In this document: positions 25,520 through 35,055 of the stretch, piece after piece
How positions within the stretch are numbered: position 1 is the first letter of the stretch
Layout of the letters: each line of letters opens with the position of its first letter
Assembly: GCA_017394405.1 (NCBI GenBank)
Contig: JAFPYW010000020.1
Location: 1 to 50,932 of the forward strand
Direction of reading: 5' to 3'
Origin: Alphaproteobacteria bacterium
GTDB taxonomy: Bacteria > Pseudomonadota > Alphaproteobacteria > CAAHEQ01 > UBA3637
Length of the DNA stretch: 50,932 nucleotides
Translations under genes and position numbers: made by a program
Notes under the pieces: generated by a model
The model's database searches: none
What the model saw: the letters and a program-made list of their open reading frames with translations, nothing else
What the model was told of the DNA's origin: nothing

Positions 25520-25596
25520 TGGCGATCCCGGGGCGATTCGAACGCTCGACCTACTGCTTAGAAGGCAGTTGCTCTATCCAGCTGAGCTACGGGACC
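25520..25596 (-). tRNA. tRNA-Arg (anticodon TCT)
   Basis: The reverse complement is GGTCCCGTAGCTCAGCTGGATAGAGCAACTGCCTTCTAAGCAGTAGGTCGAGCGTTCGAATCGCCCCGGGATCGCCA. It has a 7-bp acceptor stem, anticodon arm ACTGC-CTTCTAA-GCAGT, T-loop TTCGAAT and an encoded CCA. There is one A-C mismatch in the T-stem. Confidence 0.85.
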
Positions 25597-25645
25597 AACG
25601 CCTTACATTATACTGCATTAAAGGCAAAACGTCAAGAAAAAACAC

Positions 25646-26212
25646 CTATTTCGGTGATACCAACATACCCATATTGCGCCCTTCCAATTTCGGGGCTTGC
25701 TCAATTTTCGCAATATCAGCCACATCCTCGGCAGCGCGTTTCAAAACGGCTTCACCCAAGTCTTGATAGGACATTTCACGGCCACGGAAGCGTAATGTAA
25801 ATTTGACTTTATTGCCTTCGCCTAAAAACTTCTTCGCGTTGCGCATCTTCACCAAATAATCGTTATCGCCGATGTTCGGCGTGAATTTAATTTCTTTGGT
25901 TTCTTGCACTTTTTGTTTTTTCTTGGCTTCACTGCGGCGCTTTTGTAATTCATATTTATATTTTCCAGCGTCCATGATTTTGCACACCGATCCGGCCGGC
26001 GTTGCAGAAATTTCAACCAAATCCAATCCCGCTTCATCCGCACGACGTAATGCTTCGCGTTGAGTCACAATACCAACGTTTGTCCCATTTTCGTCAATAA
26101 GCCGTATTTGTAAAGCAGTGATTTTTTCGTTTATACGCGGTTCATCTTTGTTTGCATTGGGAGTCCGCACATCTCCACGATCAAAAGTTTGAGTAATGGT
26201 AAAATCCTCCAT
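25646..26212 (-). CDS. infC: translation initiation factor IF-3
   Basis: [60 protein letters not shown]...[14 protein letters not shown]......[17 protein letters not shown] is canonical IF-3. The exact start is uncertain because infC often uses an unusual start codon. Confidence 0.9.
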   Translation of the reverse strand: MEDFTITQTFDRGDVRTPNANKDEPRINEKITALQIRLIDENGTNVGIVTQREALRRADEAGLDLVEISATPAGSVCKIMDAGKYKYELQKRRSEAKKKQKVQETKEIKFTPNIGDNDYLVKMRNAKKFLGEGNKVKFTLRFRGREMSYQDLGEAVLKRAAEDVADIAKIEQAPKLEGRNMGMLVSPK

Positions 26213-26284
26213 AGTGGTTAATCACATTGTTATTATATTCATTTTTTTGCAGACAAGCAAGTTTTTTTTTGATATCATCACAAT

Positions 26285-27133
26285 ATGATCAAATTTATGA
26301 AGATACTTTTTTGTTTTTTGCTGATAAAAGCCGTGGCAGTTCAAGCCAGCGATTTATTGCCCGATTATCCGTGGCAGGAGGTGCCTTTCGGTCGGGTGCG
26401 GTTGATATCGGCCCGCAGCACATTCACCCCGCAATCTCCTCTATATTTAGCGGTACAGGCCACACCAAATGACGGGTGGAAAATTGGTACACCATCCCTG
26501 ATGGCAACGGCATCCACACATGCCGTCGGAACTACGCTCATTCCCTTTGAGCAACGCCAAGACAACACCTTTTATTATCCCGTCATTTTTACCATCACCC
26601 CTACAACGCAGCCCATTACTTTTTCAGTCCAAGGAACAATTCCCGCATGCAAAGAACAATCTTGTATTGATACAAAAATCAATTTGAATTTAACTTTGAA
26701 CGCGGGGTATGGTTTATTCACGCCGCAGTACCCGTTCATTTCGGATACCTTAGCATTGACGCCCGTACCGATGGATTTGAATCGTGTAAAGGGTTGGGCC
26801 ATACCAAATGGCGATTCCGTTACGATAACTTTGGATTTACCTTTGGCCCCCGGCAAGATATCTTTATATACTGACAACAAAGAACCGATTGAAGCGCCTG
26901 TCAAAACAGATGGAAAACGGGTGATTTTTCAATTACCGACACCCACCGACAATCGTGTGACTTTATTATTGGATGCAACCAATACGATTTATGCTATTGA
27001 CTTGCCATTGTTATCCGCGGATACAAAAATTCCAACGCCCTTCAAAATAAGGTGGTGGATGCTGATTCCTATATGGGGATTACTTTTGTTGGTTTATTTT
27101 ATTCGGCGTTTTATTTGTAAGAATCGCGCTTAG
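26285..27133 (+). CDS. exported, C-terminally anchored protein with DsbD/ScsB N-terminal-like (thiol-disulfide) domain
   Basis: Signal peptide [28 protein letters not shown]..., WKIGTP and the Cys pair [22 protein letters not shown] resemble the DsbD-alpha C-x-x-x-C-[IV]-P..l.l.l block. There is a C-terminal [19 protein letters not shown]. Confidence 0.45.
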   Translation: MIKFMKILFCFLLIKAVAVQASDLLPDYPWQEVPFGRVRLISARSTFTPQSPLYLAVQATPNDGWKIGTPSLMATASTHAVGTTLIPFEQRQDNTFYYPVIFTITPTTQPITFSVQGTIPACKEQSCIDTKINLNLTLNAGYGLFTPQYPFISDTLALTPVPMDLNRVKGWAIPNGDSVTITLDLPLAPGKISLYTDNKEPIEAPVKTDGKRVIFQLPTPTDNRVTLLLDATNTIYAIDLPLLSADTKIPTPFKIRWWMLIPIWGLLLLVYFIRRFICKNRA

Positions 27134-27548
27134 CCACCGCTAACGCATCCACGCGTTCATTGTATGGATTACCCGCATGACCTTTAACCCAATGCCATGT
27201 GATTGTATGGCGCGCCAATTCGTCAGCCAAAACCTGCCACAATTCCACATTCAAAACAGGCTTTTTATCCGCGCGGCGCCAGCCCTTTTCTTGCCAACCG
27301 GACAACCATTTTGTGGCGCCTTCCATCACATATTTACTATCCGTATATAATTGCACAGAACAAGATTCTTTTAACGCCCGCAATCCTTCAATTACAGCCG
27401 TCAATTCCATCCGATTATTGGTTGTTTCGGCCTCACCACCAGACAATTCTTTTTTAGTTTCTTTATAAAGCAAAACGCACGCCCATCCCCCGGGACCGGG
27501 GTTGCCTGAGCATGCGCCATCTGTGTATAAAGTAACTTCTTTAATCAT
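27111..27548 (-). CDS. rnhA: ribonuclease HI
   Basis: [45 protein letters not shown] and [19 protein letters not shown]. Confidence 0.9.
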   Translation of the reverse strand: MIKEVTLYTDGACSGNPGPGGWACVLLYKETKKELSGGEAETTNNRMELTAVIEGLRALKESCSVQLYTDSKYVMEGATKWLSGWQEKGWRRADKKPVLNVELWQVLADELARHTITWHWVKGHAGNPYNERVDALAVAKRDSYK

Positions 27549-27996
27549 CTCTGTCGTTTTGAATCACCAAATCATATAATTCTTTTGCAGAATGGGCTTT
27601 CCGAATATTGGCCACCGTCTCTTCGTTGCGCAACAAACGAGACAACCGCGCCAATGCCTTCAAGTGATCAGCACCGGCTTCTTCCGGAACCAACAACACA
27701 AAAGCCAAATCTACTGGCTTGTTATCCACAGCTTCAAAATCAACGGGCTCGCTGGTTGCAAAGCCACAGAAAATTTTCTTTAATTTTGGCAACCGCGTGT
27801 GGGGCAATGCTACCCCGAATCCAATACCGGTTGTGCCCAAACGTTCACGTTCAACTAGTGCATCCAAAACAACTGTTTCTTCTAATTTTGTTTTTTTTGC
27901 AGCCAACGCGGCCAAGGCAGACAAAAGTTGCTTTTTGTTTTTGGCTTTGACGTTGTATAACACAGCATCAGGCGCCAAAATATCTGCAATTTTCAT
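27541..27996 (-). CDS. ptsN: PTS EIIA-Ntr nitrogen regulatory protein
   Basis: EIIA(Fru/Ntr) pattern with [20 protein letters not shown] (phospho-His site). It lies directly downstream of hpf, as in many proteobacteria. Confidence 0.8.
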   Translation of the reverse strand: MKIADILAPDAVLYNVKAKNKKQLLSALAALAAKKTKLEETVVLDALVERERLGTTGIGFGVALPHTRLPKLKKIFCGFATSEPVDFEAVDNKPVDLAFVLLVPEEAGADHLKALARLSRLLRNEETVANIRKAHSAKELYDLVIQNDRDD

Positions 27997-28007
27997 TTAT
28001 GACTCCT

Positions 28008-28556
28008 TTATTTGTTCTTCGGATCAACCCAGCCGATATTACCATCAGCGCGACGATAAACCATATTCAAACCACCATGGGCTGTATTGCGGAACAACAA
28101 CGCATTTTGTCCGGACAAATCCATACGCATCACTGCCGTTACAACGGTACAAATCGGCAATTCTGTTTGCATTTCAGCAATAATAATTGGCGCATCTGTC
28201 ACTTCCTCTTTATCCTCTTCCGCATCAATAACGGACATATCCACCATTTCTACTTTGCTATATTTATGTCCAACTAATTTATTTTTATATTTACTCAACT
28301 GACGATTCATTTTGCCCAATGCTTCGTCAATGGATGCATAAGCATCACCGGCTTTGCCTTCTGCGGAAATAACAGTTCCTTGCGCCGGATGTACCATCAC
28401 TTCAGATTTCAACAAATCACCGCTACGGGAAACTTTGACGGTCGCATCCAAAGCGTTTGGAAAATACTTTTGTGCAATATCTGTCAATTTTTCTGTGGTA
28501 TATGCACGCCAACTATCGCCCAAGTCAATTTGATGTCCATTGATAATTACTTGCAT
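28008..28556 (-). CDS. hpf: ribosome hibernation promoting factor (long HPF/RaiA family)
   Basis: MQVIINGHQIDLGDSWRAYTTEKL...DATVKVSR..., plus a C-terminal dimerisation domain (PIIIAEMQTELPICTVVTAVMRMDLSGQNALLFRN...NMVYRRADGNIGWVDP). Confidence 0.85.
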   Translation of the reverse strand: MQVIINGHQIDLGDSWRAYTTEKLTDIAQKYFPNALDATVKVSRSGDLLKSEVMVHPAQGTVISAEGKAGDAYASIDEALGKMNRQLSKYKNKLVGHKYSKVEMVDMSVIDAEEDKEEVTDAPIIIAEMQTELPICTVVTAVMRMDLSGQNALLFRNTAHGGLNMVYRRADGNIGWVDPKNK

Positions 28557-28622
28557 TTTGTTTCCTTTCAGTTAAAATATTCTTTGTATTATTACCATAC
28601 TTTTTTTTTGAAGGATTGTCAA

Positions 28623-29708
28623 GTGGGCACAAAAAAACAACAGGATCAAGACTTGTTAGGGCTGTATATTCATTGGCCGTATTGTTTGAACAAATGCCCT
28701 TATTGTGATTTTGCCAGTTATGTATCCAAAAATATAGACGAAGACGCGCTGATTCGCGGGTATTGTCGTGATATGGATTTATTTTTAGACAAACGACCGC
28801 TCACCAGCATTTTCTTTGGTGGTGGCACCCCCAGTTTAATGTCCGTCAAATGTTTGGACCGCCTGATGAACGAAATTCAAAAGAGGTATAAATTGGCACC
28901 TAACATTGAAATAACAATGGAAGCAAATCCAGACACAATAGATGCCCCAAAATTAAAAGATTTTCATCATCGTGGCATCAATCGTTTGTCCATTGGCGTA
29001 CAATCATTGAACGATTCTGCTTTGCATTTTTTGGGGCGCACACACAATGCACAACGTGCCATCCAAGCCATTCAATGGGCCACAAATGTTTTTGATAACA
29101 TCAACATAGATTTAATTTATGCACGACCACACCAATCTGTTGCACAATGGGAAAAAGAATTGACTTTTGCATTATCATTTCAATTACCACACTATTCTTT
29201 ATATCAACTAACCATTGAAGAAAATACCATCTTTGAGCGCAAACACCAAAATGCCGCCACCCCCGCACAGGCACGGCGTTTATATATCGCAACAGATGCG
29301 CAAATGACGGCCGCTAAACGCTCGGCCTACGAGGTATCAAATTATGCTAAAGCCGGAAAAGAATGTCGGCACAATCTGACCTATTGGTTGGGCGGCGATT
29401 ATATTGGTATTGGACCCGCAGCCCATGGACGTTTAGGATTAAAAGCCACCCAAAACACAAAATTTGTCGGAGCTTGGTTAAAAACACCGCCGACAACCGA
29501 AATTTTAACACCCGAACAACGACATTTAGAAAAATTATTGATGGGACTTCGCTTACGACATCATCCGTTTTGTGCCAAAGACTTAGATCCCATCGGCATT
29601 CAAGAAGCATTAAAAAGAAAATGGATTATTCAAACTAAGCAGGGGATTCAACCGACATTGGAAGGCACGTTGATGCTTAATCAGCTGCTGGTGCTATTGG
29701 CGAATTGA
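28623..29708 (+). CDS. hemW: radical SAM heme chaperone HemW (coproporphyrinogen III oxidase-like)
   Basis: LGLYIHWPYCLNKCPYCDFAS (CxxxCxxC radical SAM), FFGGGTPS, NRLSIGVQS, and a HemN_C-like end. The start is set at the in-frame GTG at 28623 because the upstream ORF part is antisense to hpf. Start is uncertain. Confidence 0.8.
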   Translation: MGTKKQQDQDLLGLYIHWPYCLNKCPYCDFASYVSKNIDEDALIRGYCRDMDLFLDKRPLTSIFFGGGTPSLMSVKCLDRLMNEIQKRYKLAPNIEITMEANPDTIDAPKLKDFHHRGINRLSIGVQSLNDSALHFLGRTHNAQRAIQAIQWATNVFDNINIDLIYARPHQSVAQWEKELTFALSFQLPHYSLYQLTIEENTIFERKHQNAATPAQARRLYIATDAQMTAAKRSAYEVSNYAKAGKECRHNLTYWLGGDYIGIGPAAHGRLGLKATQNTKFVGAWLKTPPTTEILTPEQRHLEKLLMGLRLRHHPFCAKDLDPIGIQEALKRKWIIQTKQGIQPTLEGTLMLNQLLVLLAN

Positions 29709-30894
29709 GAACCGCATTCCATTTAGAATCTAAACGGGGCGTAAAAGATGTTTCAGCGGCTTCAATCAAGGTGCTACGTGAGCCATGTTTTTGTTTTAAT
29801 TGCAAGGATCGTTTGTTCATTCCGTTGGCTTCCAAACGCACTAATCCATCCACTCCCCAATAACTATCCTCGGCTTTCAAGTCAGCCAAAGAAATTCCTT
29901 TTCCGCGGCTGGCCTGATCAAAAATCCAACCCACAGAATCATACATTTGCGACGTAATGCGTAACGGCGCAGTTCCAAATAAATTTTCATATTCGCGCGC
30001 AAAATTGCGATAAGCCGTTTCATCTAAATCAGCAAAATAAACGCTGTTAGCATTAACATCTGACACCTGTTTAACCAATGTCAAACCATAGGTTGGGATA
30101 TCACGCGGACCAGCGTCATAAAAGGCCAAAATGCTCAACAATTGACGCAATTTCATTCCTTCTTCAAACACAACGATTGCATCTATTCCTGCGCGCGCTC
30201 TAACGGAGGAAGCAGTCGTTTTTTTCGCGTCTATATCTGCGGGTAAAATCCGTTTAATCGCATTGGTAAAATTCATCGTATTCGCTTCATACAAAGAAAC
30301 CTTTTTCATTGTCATTCCCGGACAACTTTCCACTTCATCTGCCAACGCATTCAGTGCAATTTCTCCGGTTTTGCTGTCAGGCCCCAAAACAGCCAATCTC
30401 TTTTGTCCTTTATTACACGCATGTCGCACTATTTGGCGCACTTGCTCCGGCACCGTCACCGCCATAGTCGCCACTTGGTTGTTCATTAAAGTTGTATCCG
30501 ATGTAAAGGTCAACAATGGCACCGAAATACCCGCTTTTTGAATAGCCGCCACTTCCTTGGAAAACACGGGACCCAACACAATATCCGGCTTTTGCGCCAA
30601 AGCCCAACGATATGCTTGCTCCGCCCCATCGGCTTTGCTTTCTGTGTCAAAAAATAAGATCTTTAACGGCGTATTTTTGTGTTCAAAGGCCGACATCATC
30701 GCAGCATTTTTCATGCTTTCACCAACTTTGGCCGATTCGCCGGACAAAGGCAAAACAACAGCAACAGTCGGCGCTTGTACTGGTTGGTTTTCACCGACCG
30801 AACTAGGCGTCTGGAAAAACACAGGCTGCTTTTGTTGAACGCACGCTGCCAATAAGGAACAACCTAAAAAAATTGCAATTTTTTTTAACATCAT
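29677..30894 (-). CDS. lipoprotein with type-1 periplasmic-binding fold, LpoA-like penicillin-binding-protein activator
   Basis: The lipobox is in MMLKKIAIFLGCSLLAAC. It has Leu/Ile/Val-binding-protein-like repeats (VAVVLPLSGESAKVGESM..). It is divergent from rsmI and followed by yraN, which reproduces the enterobacterial yraL(rsmI)/lpoA/yraN neighbourhood. Confidence 0.55.
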   Translation of the reverse strand: MMLKKIAIFLGCSLLAACVQQKQPVFFQTPSSVGENQPVQAPTVAVVLPLSGESAKVGESMKNAAMMSAFEHKNTPLKILFFDTESKADGAEQAYRWALAQKPDIVLGPVFSKEVAAIQKAGISVPLLTFTSDTTLMNNQVATMAVTVPEQVRQIVRHACNKGQKRLAVLGPDSKTGEIALNALADEVESCPGMTMKKVSLYEANTMNFTNAIKRILPADIDAKKTTASSVRARAGIDAIVVFEEGMKLRQLLSILAFYDAGPRDIPTYGLTLVKQVSDVNANSVYFADLDETAYRNFAREYENLFGTAPLRITSQMYDSVGWIFDQASRGKGISLADLKAEDSYWGVDGLVRLEANGMNKRSLQLKQKHGSRSTLIEAAETSFTPRLDSKWNAVLNSPIAPAAD

Positions 30895-30952
30895 TTTCCC
30901 TTTTTTGAAAATTATGTTATACTGAATTTAACTTTTTTTCAAGGAGATTTTT

Positions 30953-31777
30953 ATGTTGTATCTTGTTTCCACCCCCATCGGCAACCTAGGCGATATGAGC
31001 CCACGCGCCAAAGAAGTCCTAGAACATGCGGATTTAGTTGCTTGTGAAGACACGCGCACCAGCCATCAATTATTTTCTTTGCTGGGAATTAAAGTAAAGG
31101 CCACAACTCCGTATCACGATCACAACGCTGATGAAGCGCGGCCGAAATTGATTAAAAAATTGCAACAAGGTTTAGAAATTGCTTTGGTATCAGATGCTGG
31201 CACTCCTTTGGTATCTGATCCGGGATATAAACTCGTTCGCGATTGTTTGCAATTAGGTATCAAAGTTTCAACCGTCCCTGGACCCAACGCCGTTTTATCG
31301 GCATTACAATTATCTGGTCTTTCTAGTGCCAATTTTTATTTTGGTGGATTTTTACCTCCGAAATCTGGTGCACGTCAAGCCCATTTGGCCGAAGTTAAAT
31401 CCTTAAAAAGCACTTTGATTTTTTATGAAACGCCGAATCGGCTATTAAAATCTTTGCAAGATATTTTATCCGTTTATGGCAACAGGAATATGGCCGTTGT
31501 TCGGGAAATTACCAAAAAATTTGAAGAAACGCGGTCGGGATCTGTATCCGACCTGATCACTTTTTACACACAAAACGGCGAACCCAAAGGCGAATTGGTT
31601 TTGGTCATTGAAGGGGCCACACAACCGGCTTTATTTACTGGCGATATTGATGCTCTAATCCCGTCCGTGCGCCCTAAATACCCAATCAAAAAAGCCGCCG
31701 AAATTTTGGCCACACAAACCGGACTCAACAAAAAAGAATTGTATCAAAAGATATTAGATTATGAGAAAAACAACTAA
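30953..31777 (+). CDS. rsmI: 16S rRNA (cytidine1402-2'-O)-methyltransferase
   Basis: MLYLVSTPIGNLGDMSPRA..LE.ADLVACEDTR, ALVSDAGTPLVSDPGY, FYETPNRL: tetrapyrrole-methylase-fold RsmI pattern. Confidence 0.85.
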   Translation: MLYLVSTPIGNLGDMSPRAKEVLEHADLVACEDTRTSHQLFSLLGIKVKATTPYHDHNADEARPKLIKKLQQGLEIALVSDAGTPLVSDPGYKLVRDCLQLGIKVSTVPGPNAVLSALQLSGLSSANFYFGGFLPPKSGARQAHLAEVKSLKSTLIFYETPNRLLKSLQDILSVYGNRNMAVVREITKKFEETRSGSVSDLITFYTQNGEPKGELVLVIEGATQPALFTGDIDALIPSVRPKYPIKKAAEILATQTGLNKKELYQKILDYEKNN

Positions 31778-32126
31778 TTATGCCAGCGGACATTTTGCTG
31801 AAAAAATCGCCACATGGTTTTTGCGATTAAAGGGCTATCGTTTGATTGCACGCAATTATGTCACGGGCCGCGGCACGGGTGCTGGCGAAATTGATCTGAT
31901 TATGACAAAAGGAAAAACGTTGGTCTTTTTTGAAATAAAAAAGCGCAAAAACTTCACCACATCAGCCGAAGCCATTACCACGAAAAACAAACAACGTTGC
32001 TTGCGCGGAGCTGAGGCCTTTTTGAAAACACATCCGAAATATCACAATTATCGAATCAGATTTGACGCGGTTTTATTTGAACAAAATCTGTGGCCGCATC
32101 ATATTCCAAATGCGTGGCACGCCTAA
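31761..32126 (+). CDS. yraN: YraN family (UPF0102) endonuclease-like protein
   Basis: G..AE..A..FL...GY.LIARNY....G.GEIDLIM..G.TLVFFEIKKR... and RFDAV, the typical YraN layout. 121 aa. Confidence 0.8.
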   Translation: MRKTTNYASGHFAEKIATWFLRLKGYRLIARNYVTGRGTGAGEIDLIMTKGKTLVFFEIKKRKNFTTSAEAITTKNKQRCLRGAEAFLKTHPKYHNYRIRFDAVLFEQNLWPHHIPNAWHA

Positions 32127-33382
32127 GAAAGTGGCGGCGGAATCACTTCAATTTTTAACAGCTGATTATGCTTTTTTTCATGAACAACAAACGTCCAATC
32201 ATCTATGGCAAAAGTTTGCCCTTTATTTGGAATGCGCTCTAAATAATACATGACATAGCCCGCCAATGTGGCTGCATTTTCGTCCGACAATTCCCAATGG
32301 AAATGCCGATTGATATCACGAATCGTTGTCCCGCCATCCAATAAATATCCCCCTGTGGCGGTCTTTTCCCAATGAAATGTAGATTCTTCCAATTTATCCG
32401 TTTCATCGGAAATATCACCCACGATTTCTTCCAATAAATCTTCCAATGTTAAAATACCTTCCCAATCGCCATACTCATCCACAACAATTGCAAAATGTTC
32501 GCGGCGTTTTTTGAAGGCCACTAACTGGTCCAACAATGAAGTTGTATTCAATACAAACCATGGCTTTGTACAATAATCCAACAAAGATATTTTTGCTTTT
32601 TTTGCATAAAATAACGGCATCATTTGCATTACTGATTTGGTATGTAAAATACCGATAATATTATCACGCCGTCCCTGATAAACAGGAATACGACTATAGG
32701 GTGTATGAGTCACAAATTGGATCACATCCGCTATAGGTGTATTAGCATTTAATGAAATCACTTTTGATCGGTGCATTTTAACATCACCCACACACACTTC
32801 ATCCAAATCCAACACGCTTCTCAACATCCCTTTTTCATGGGGCAATACATCAGCGTTTTGCATCGCCAAAGCCCCGCGAATTTCCGCCTTTAATTGTTCA
32901 TCTGGATCGGAAAAAGTTTTGGTGCGTGGCAACAATATCATCACCCTTTTACTCAGCCAATTCAACGCCCGCACAAAAGGACGGAATAACCACACTAATC
33001 CAGCCAAAATTGGCGTCGTTTTTAACGCCAATGGCAACGCGTTGTTCATAGCATAAGTTTTCGGCAAAATTTCCGCAAAAATCAATACAATCACACTAAC
33101 CACAAACGTGGAAATTAAAACCCCGTATTGAGGGCCAAACATTTGCACCAACAACCCCGTGGAAATGGCTGTAAAGGCAATATTGACAATGTTATTTCCC
33201 AACAATAATGTACCCAAAATAGATCCGGAATTTTGCTTCATTTCCAATAATTTTTGGGCCCATTTATTGCCCCGTTTAGCTTGTTCATGTAACAATGGTT
33301 TTGAAGCCGCGGTTACTGCCGTTTCCGTGCCCGAAAAATAAAAAGAAGCAATCAACAAACAAATCAAAACAACCCAAGACAT
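32123..33382 (-). CDS. CNNM/DUF21-CBS-CorC_HlyC membrane protein (TlyC-like hemolysin family)
   Basis: N-terminal DUF21 TM region (FYFSGTETAVTA), a CBS pair (..IGILHTKS..) and a CorC_HlyC C-terminal domain (..TLAGYVMYYLERIPNKGQTFAIDDWTFVV). Confidence 0.8.
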   Translation of the reverse strand: MSWVVLICLLIASFYFSGTETAVTAASKPLLHEQAKRGNKWAQKLLEMKQNSGSILGTLLLGNNIVNIAFTAISTGLLVQMFGPQYGVLISTFVVSVIVLIFAEILPKTYAMNNALPLALKTTPILAGLVWLFRPFVRALNWLSKRVMILLPRTKTFSDPDEQLKAEIRGALAMQNADVLPHEKGMLRSVLDLDEVCVGDVKMHRSKVISLNANTPIADVIQFVTHTPYSRIPVYQGRRDNIIGILHTKSVMQMMPLFYAKKAKISLLDYCTKPWFVLNTTSLLDQLVAFKKRREHFAIVVDEYGDWEGILTLEDLLEEIVGDISDETDKLEESTFHWEKTATGGYLLDGGTTIRDINRHFHWELSDENAATLAGYVMYYLERIPNKGQTFAIDDWTFVVHEKKHNQLLKIEVIPPPLS

Positions 33383-33384
33383 TT

Positions 33385-33948
33385 TTACCTCTTGTACGTT
33401 GGTTGATATGGCGATACAACATGGTGCGCCTCCAATTCCTTCATCAAACGAATCACCGTTTGCGCCGGATGTTCATTAAAAGATTCTATTGTTAAATCGG
33501 CCTCAGCATACAGCGGATAACATTCCTTGACCAAACGTTCAATTACCTTTTGATTATCCATAGATGGAACCAACGGACGATGTGTGCGCCCTTCGGTGCG
33601 GCCAGAAATAACGTCGGCTTGTGCCCTGATCCAAATGGAAACAGATTTTTGTTTGGCTAATGCCCGCGTTTTAGCCGATAAAAAAGCACCTCCGCCGGAC
33701 GACAAAACACATGGCTCTCCGTTCAACAATCGTTCCATGACTTTTTCTTCACCCAAACGAAATTCTGATTCCCCATAACGAGCGAACAAATCGGAAATGG
33801 AAAAGCCTGTCATTTTTTCAATTTCTTTATCAGAATCCATAAAGGGTAAGTGTAATTTTTTAGCCAATAAACGACCCACACTGGTCTTGCCGACGCCCAT
33901 CATACCCACCAGCAATAAGATTTTAGGTTGTAATAATTTTTGACTCAT
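33385..33948 (-). CDS. aroK: shikimate kinase
   Basis: Walker A LVGMMGVGKTSVGRLLAKKL, then FMDSDKEIE, GE.EFR.E and LSSGGGAF. Confidence 0.85.
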   Translation of the reverse strand: MSQKLLQPKILLLVGMMGVGKTSVGRLLAKKLHLPFMDSDKEIEKMTGFSISDLFARYGESEFRLGEEKVMERLLNGEPCVLSSGGGAFLSAKTRALAKQKSVSIWIRAQADVISGRTEGRTHRPLVPSMDNQKVIERLVKECYPLYAEADLTIESFNEHPAQTVIRLMKELEAHHVVSPYQPTYKR

Positions 33949-33999
33949 GGTAAAATATATAGCATAAAATTTTGGCTTTGTCTAGTGAAAGGGGAAAAT

Positions 34000-34143
34000 A
34001 TGAAATACGCAGAAAAAAGAAAGCATTTAATTACAAAGGTGATAATTGCACTCATTATCGGGACGGCTTTATTGTTTGCTGTTTATGATTGCGCACCAAA
34101 ATCTCAAGAACGCCAAGTAACCGTTGCTTTTGAACGGGGATAA
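34000..34143 (+). CDS. small single-TM hypothetical protein (47 aa)
   Basis: MKYAEKRKHLITKVIIALIIGTALLFAVY.. with a GGGGA RBS-like stretch upstream. No other support. Confidence 0.3.
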   Translation: MKYAEKRKHLITKVIIALIIGTALLFAVYDCAPKSQERQVTVAFERG

Positions 34144-34149
34144 AATATA

Positions 34150-35055
34150 ATGCGTCCAGAAGTGGCAAATTTTTTAGATGTTCAAGTGGCAGAATGTGGT
34201 GCTGCCACAAACACTATTGCCGCTTACACAAAAGATTTGGAATTATTGGATGAATTTTTACAAAAAAAAGGCGTTGATTTAATTCACGCCAAAAACCAAG
34301 ATTTACGCGATTATTTATCGTGGATTACCAATCAAGGATATGCTATTAAAACACAAAGTCGCCGAATGTCCAGCATGCGCGATTTTTACCGCTTTTTGTT
34401 TTCTGAAAACATTATTAAAAAGAATCCAACCGATTATTTGGACAGCCCCAAAACACGCAAATCTTTGCCAAAATATTTAAGCGAAGAAGAAGTAACTGCT
34501 TTGATTCAAAACGCCCCCAAAATAAATCGGCGCATGCAACCATTGTTAGAACTTTTATACGCATCCGGCATGCGTGTCAGTGAATTGGTCGGTCTGCCTG
34601 TCGAAGCCGCGACACGCGAAAAAAAACGTATTTATATTGTTGGAAAAGGGTCCAAAGAACGCATCGTTCCATTGAATGACAAGGCCTGTGAAGCATTAGA
34701 AAAATGGATAACCGTGCGCCAAATTTTGAATCCTCGTGAAGCAAAAAGCAAATGGTTGTTCCCGGCAAAATCTGCCTCAGGGCATTTAACACGCGGTGGC
34801 TTTTTTAAGGAATTAAAAAAATTGGCCGGACTCATCGGGTTGGATCAAAGCAAAGTATCGCCACACGTTTTTCGCCATTCTTTCGCCTCACATTTAATCG
34901 CTCATGATGCCGATTTAAGATCTGTGCAAAAGTTGTTGGGACATTCTGATATTGCCACAACCGAAATTTATACACACATCTTGCCGGACAGATTAAAAAA
35001 GGTCATTGAAAAATCTCATCCTTTAGCGTATAATGATAGCGAGGATCAATCATGA
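34150..35055 (+). CDS. xerD: site-specific tyrosine recombinase XerD
   Basis: NTIAAYTKDLELLDEFL, SRRMSSMRDFYRFL, LPKYLSEEEV, LLYASGMRVSELVGL, HVFRHSFASHL and LLGHSDIATTEIYTH (R-H-R-Y catalytic set). Confidence 0.85.
   Translation: MRPEVANFLDVQVAECGAATNTIAAYTKDLELLDEFLQKKGVDLIHAKNQDLRDYLSWITNQGYAIKTQSRRMSSMRDFYRFLFSENIIKKNPTDYLDSPKTRKSLPKYLSEEEVTALIQNAPKINRRMQPLLELLYASGMRVSELVGLPVEAATREKKRIYIVGKGSKERIVPLNDKACEALEKWITVRQILNPREAKSKWLFPAKSASGHLTRGGFFKELKKLAGLIGLDQSKVSPHVFRHSFASHLIAHDADLRSVQKLLGHSDIATTEIYTHILPDRLKKVIEKSHPLAYNDSEDQS

Noticed and set aside
22706-25561. Plus-strand ORFs (60-189 aa) antisense to the 946-aa gene and running into tRNA-Arg
   Set aside because: They are shadow ORFs. One overlaps the tRNA and the terminator. 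None has a start context or a recognisable domain.
28380-28622. N-terminal 81-aa extension of the hemW ORF
   Set aside because: The extension is antisense to the 5' part of hpf and has no similarity to HemW. The radical-SAM protein begins near the GTG at 28623.
34150-35055. Tyrosine recombinase as a marker of a mobile element
   Set aside because: The sequence has the XerD-specific blocks and housekeeping neighbours (aroK, lptF/G). No att-like repeats or phage/ICE genes are nearby.
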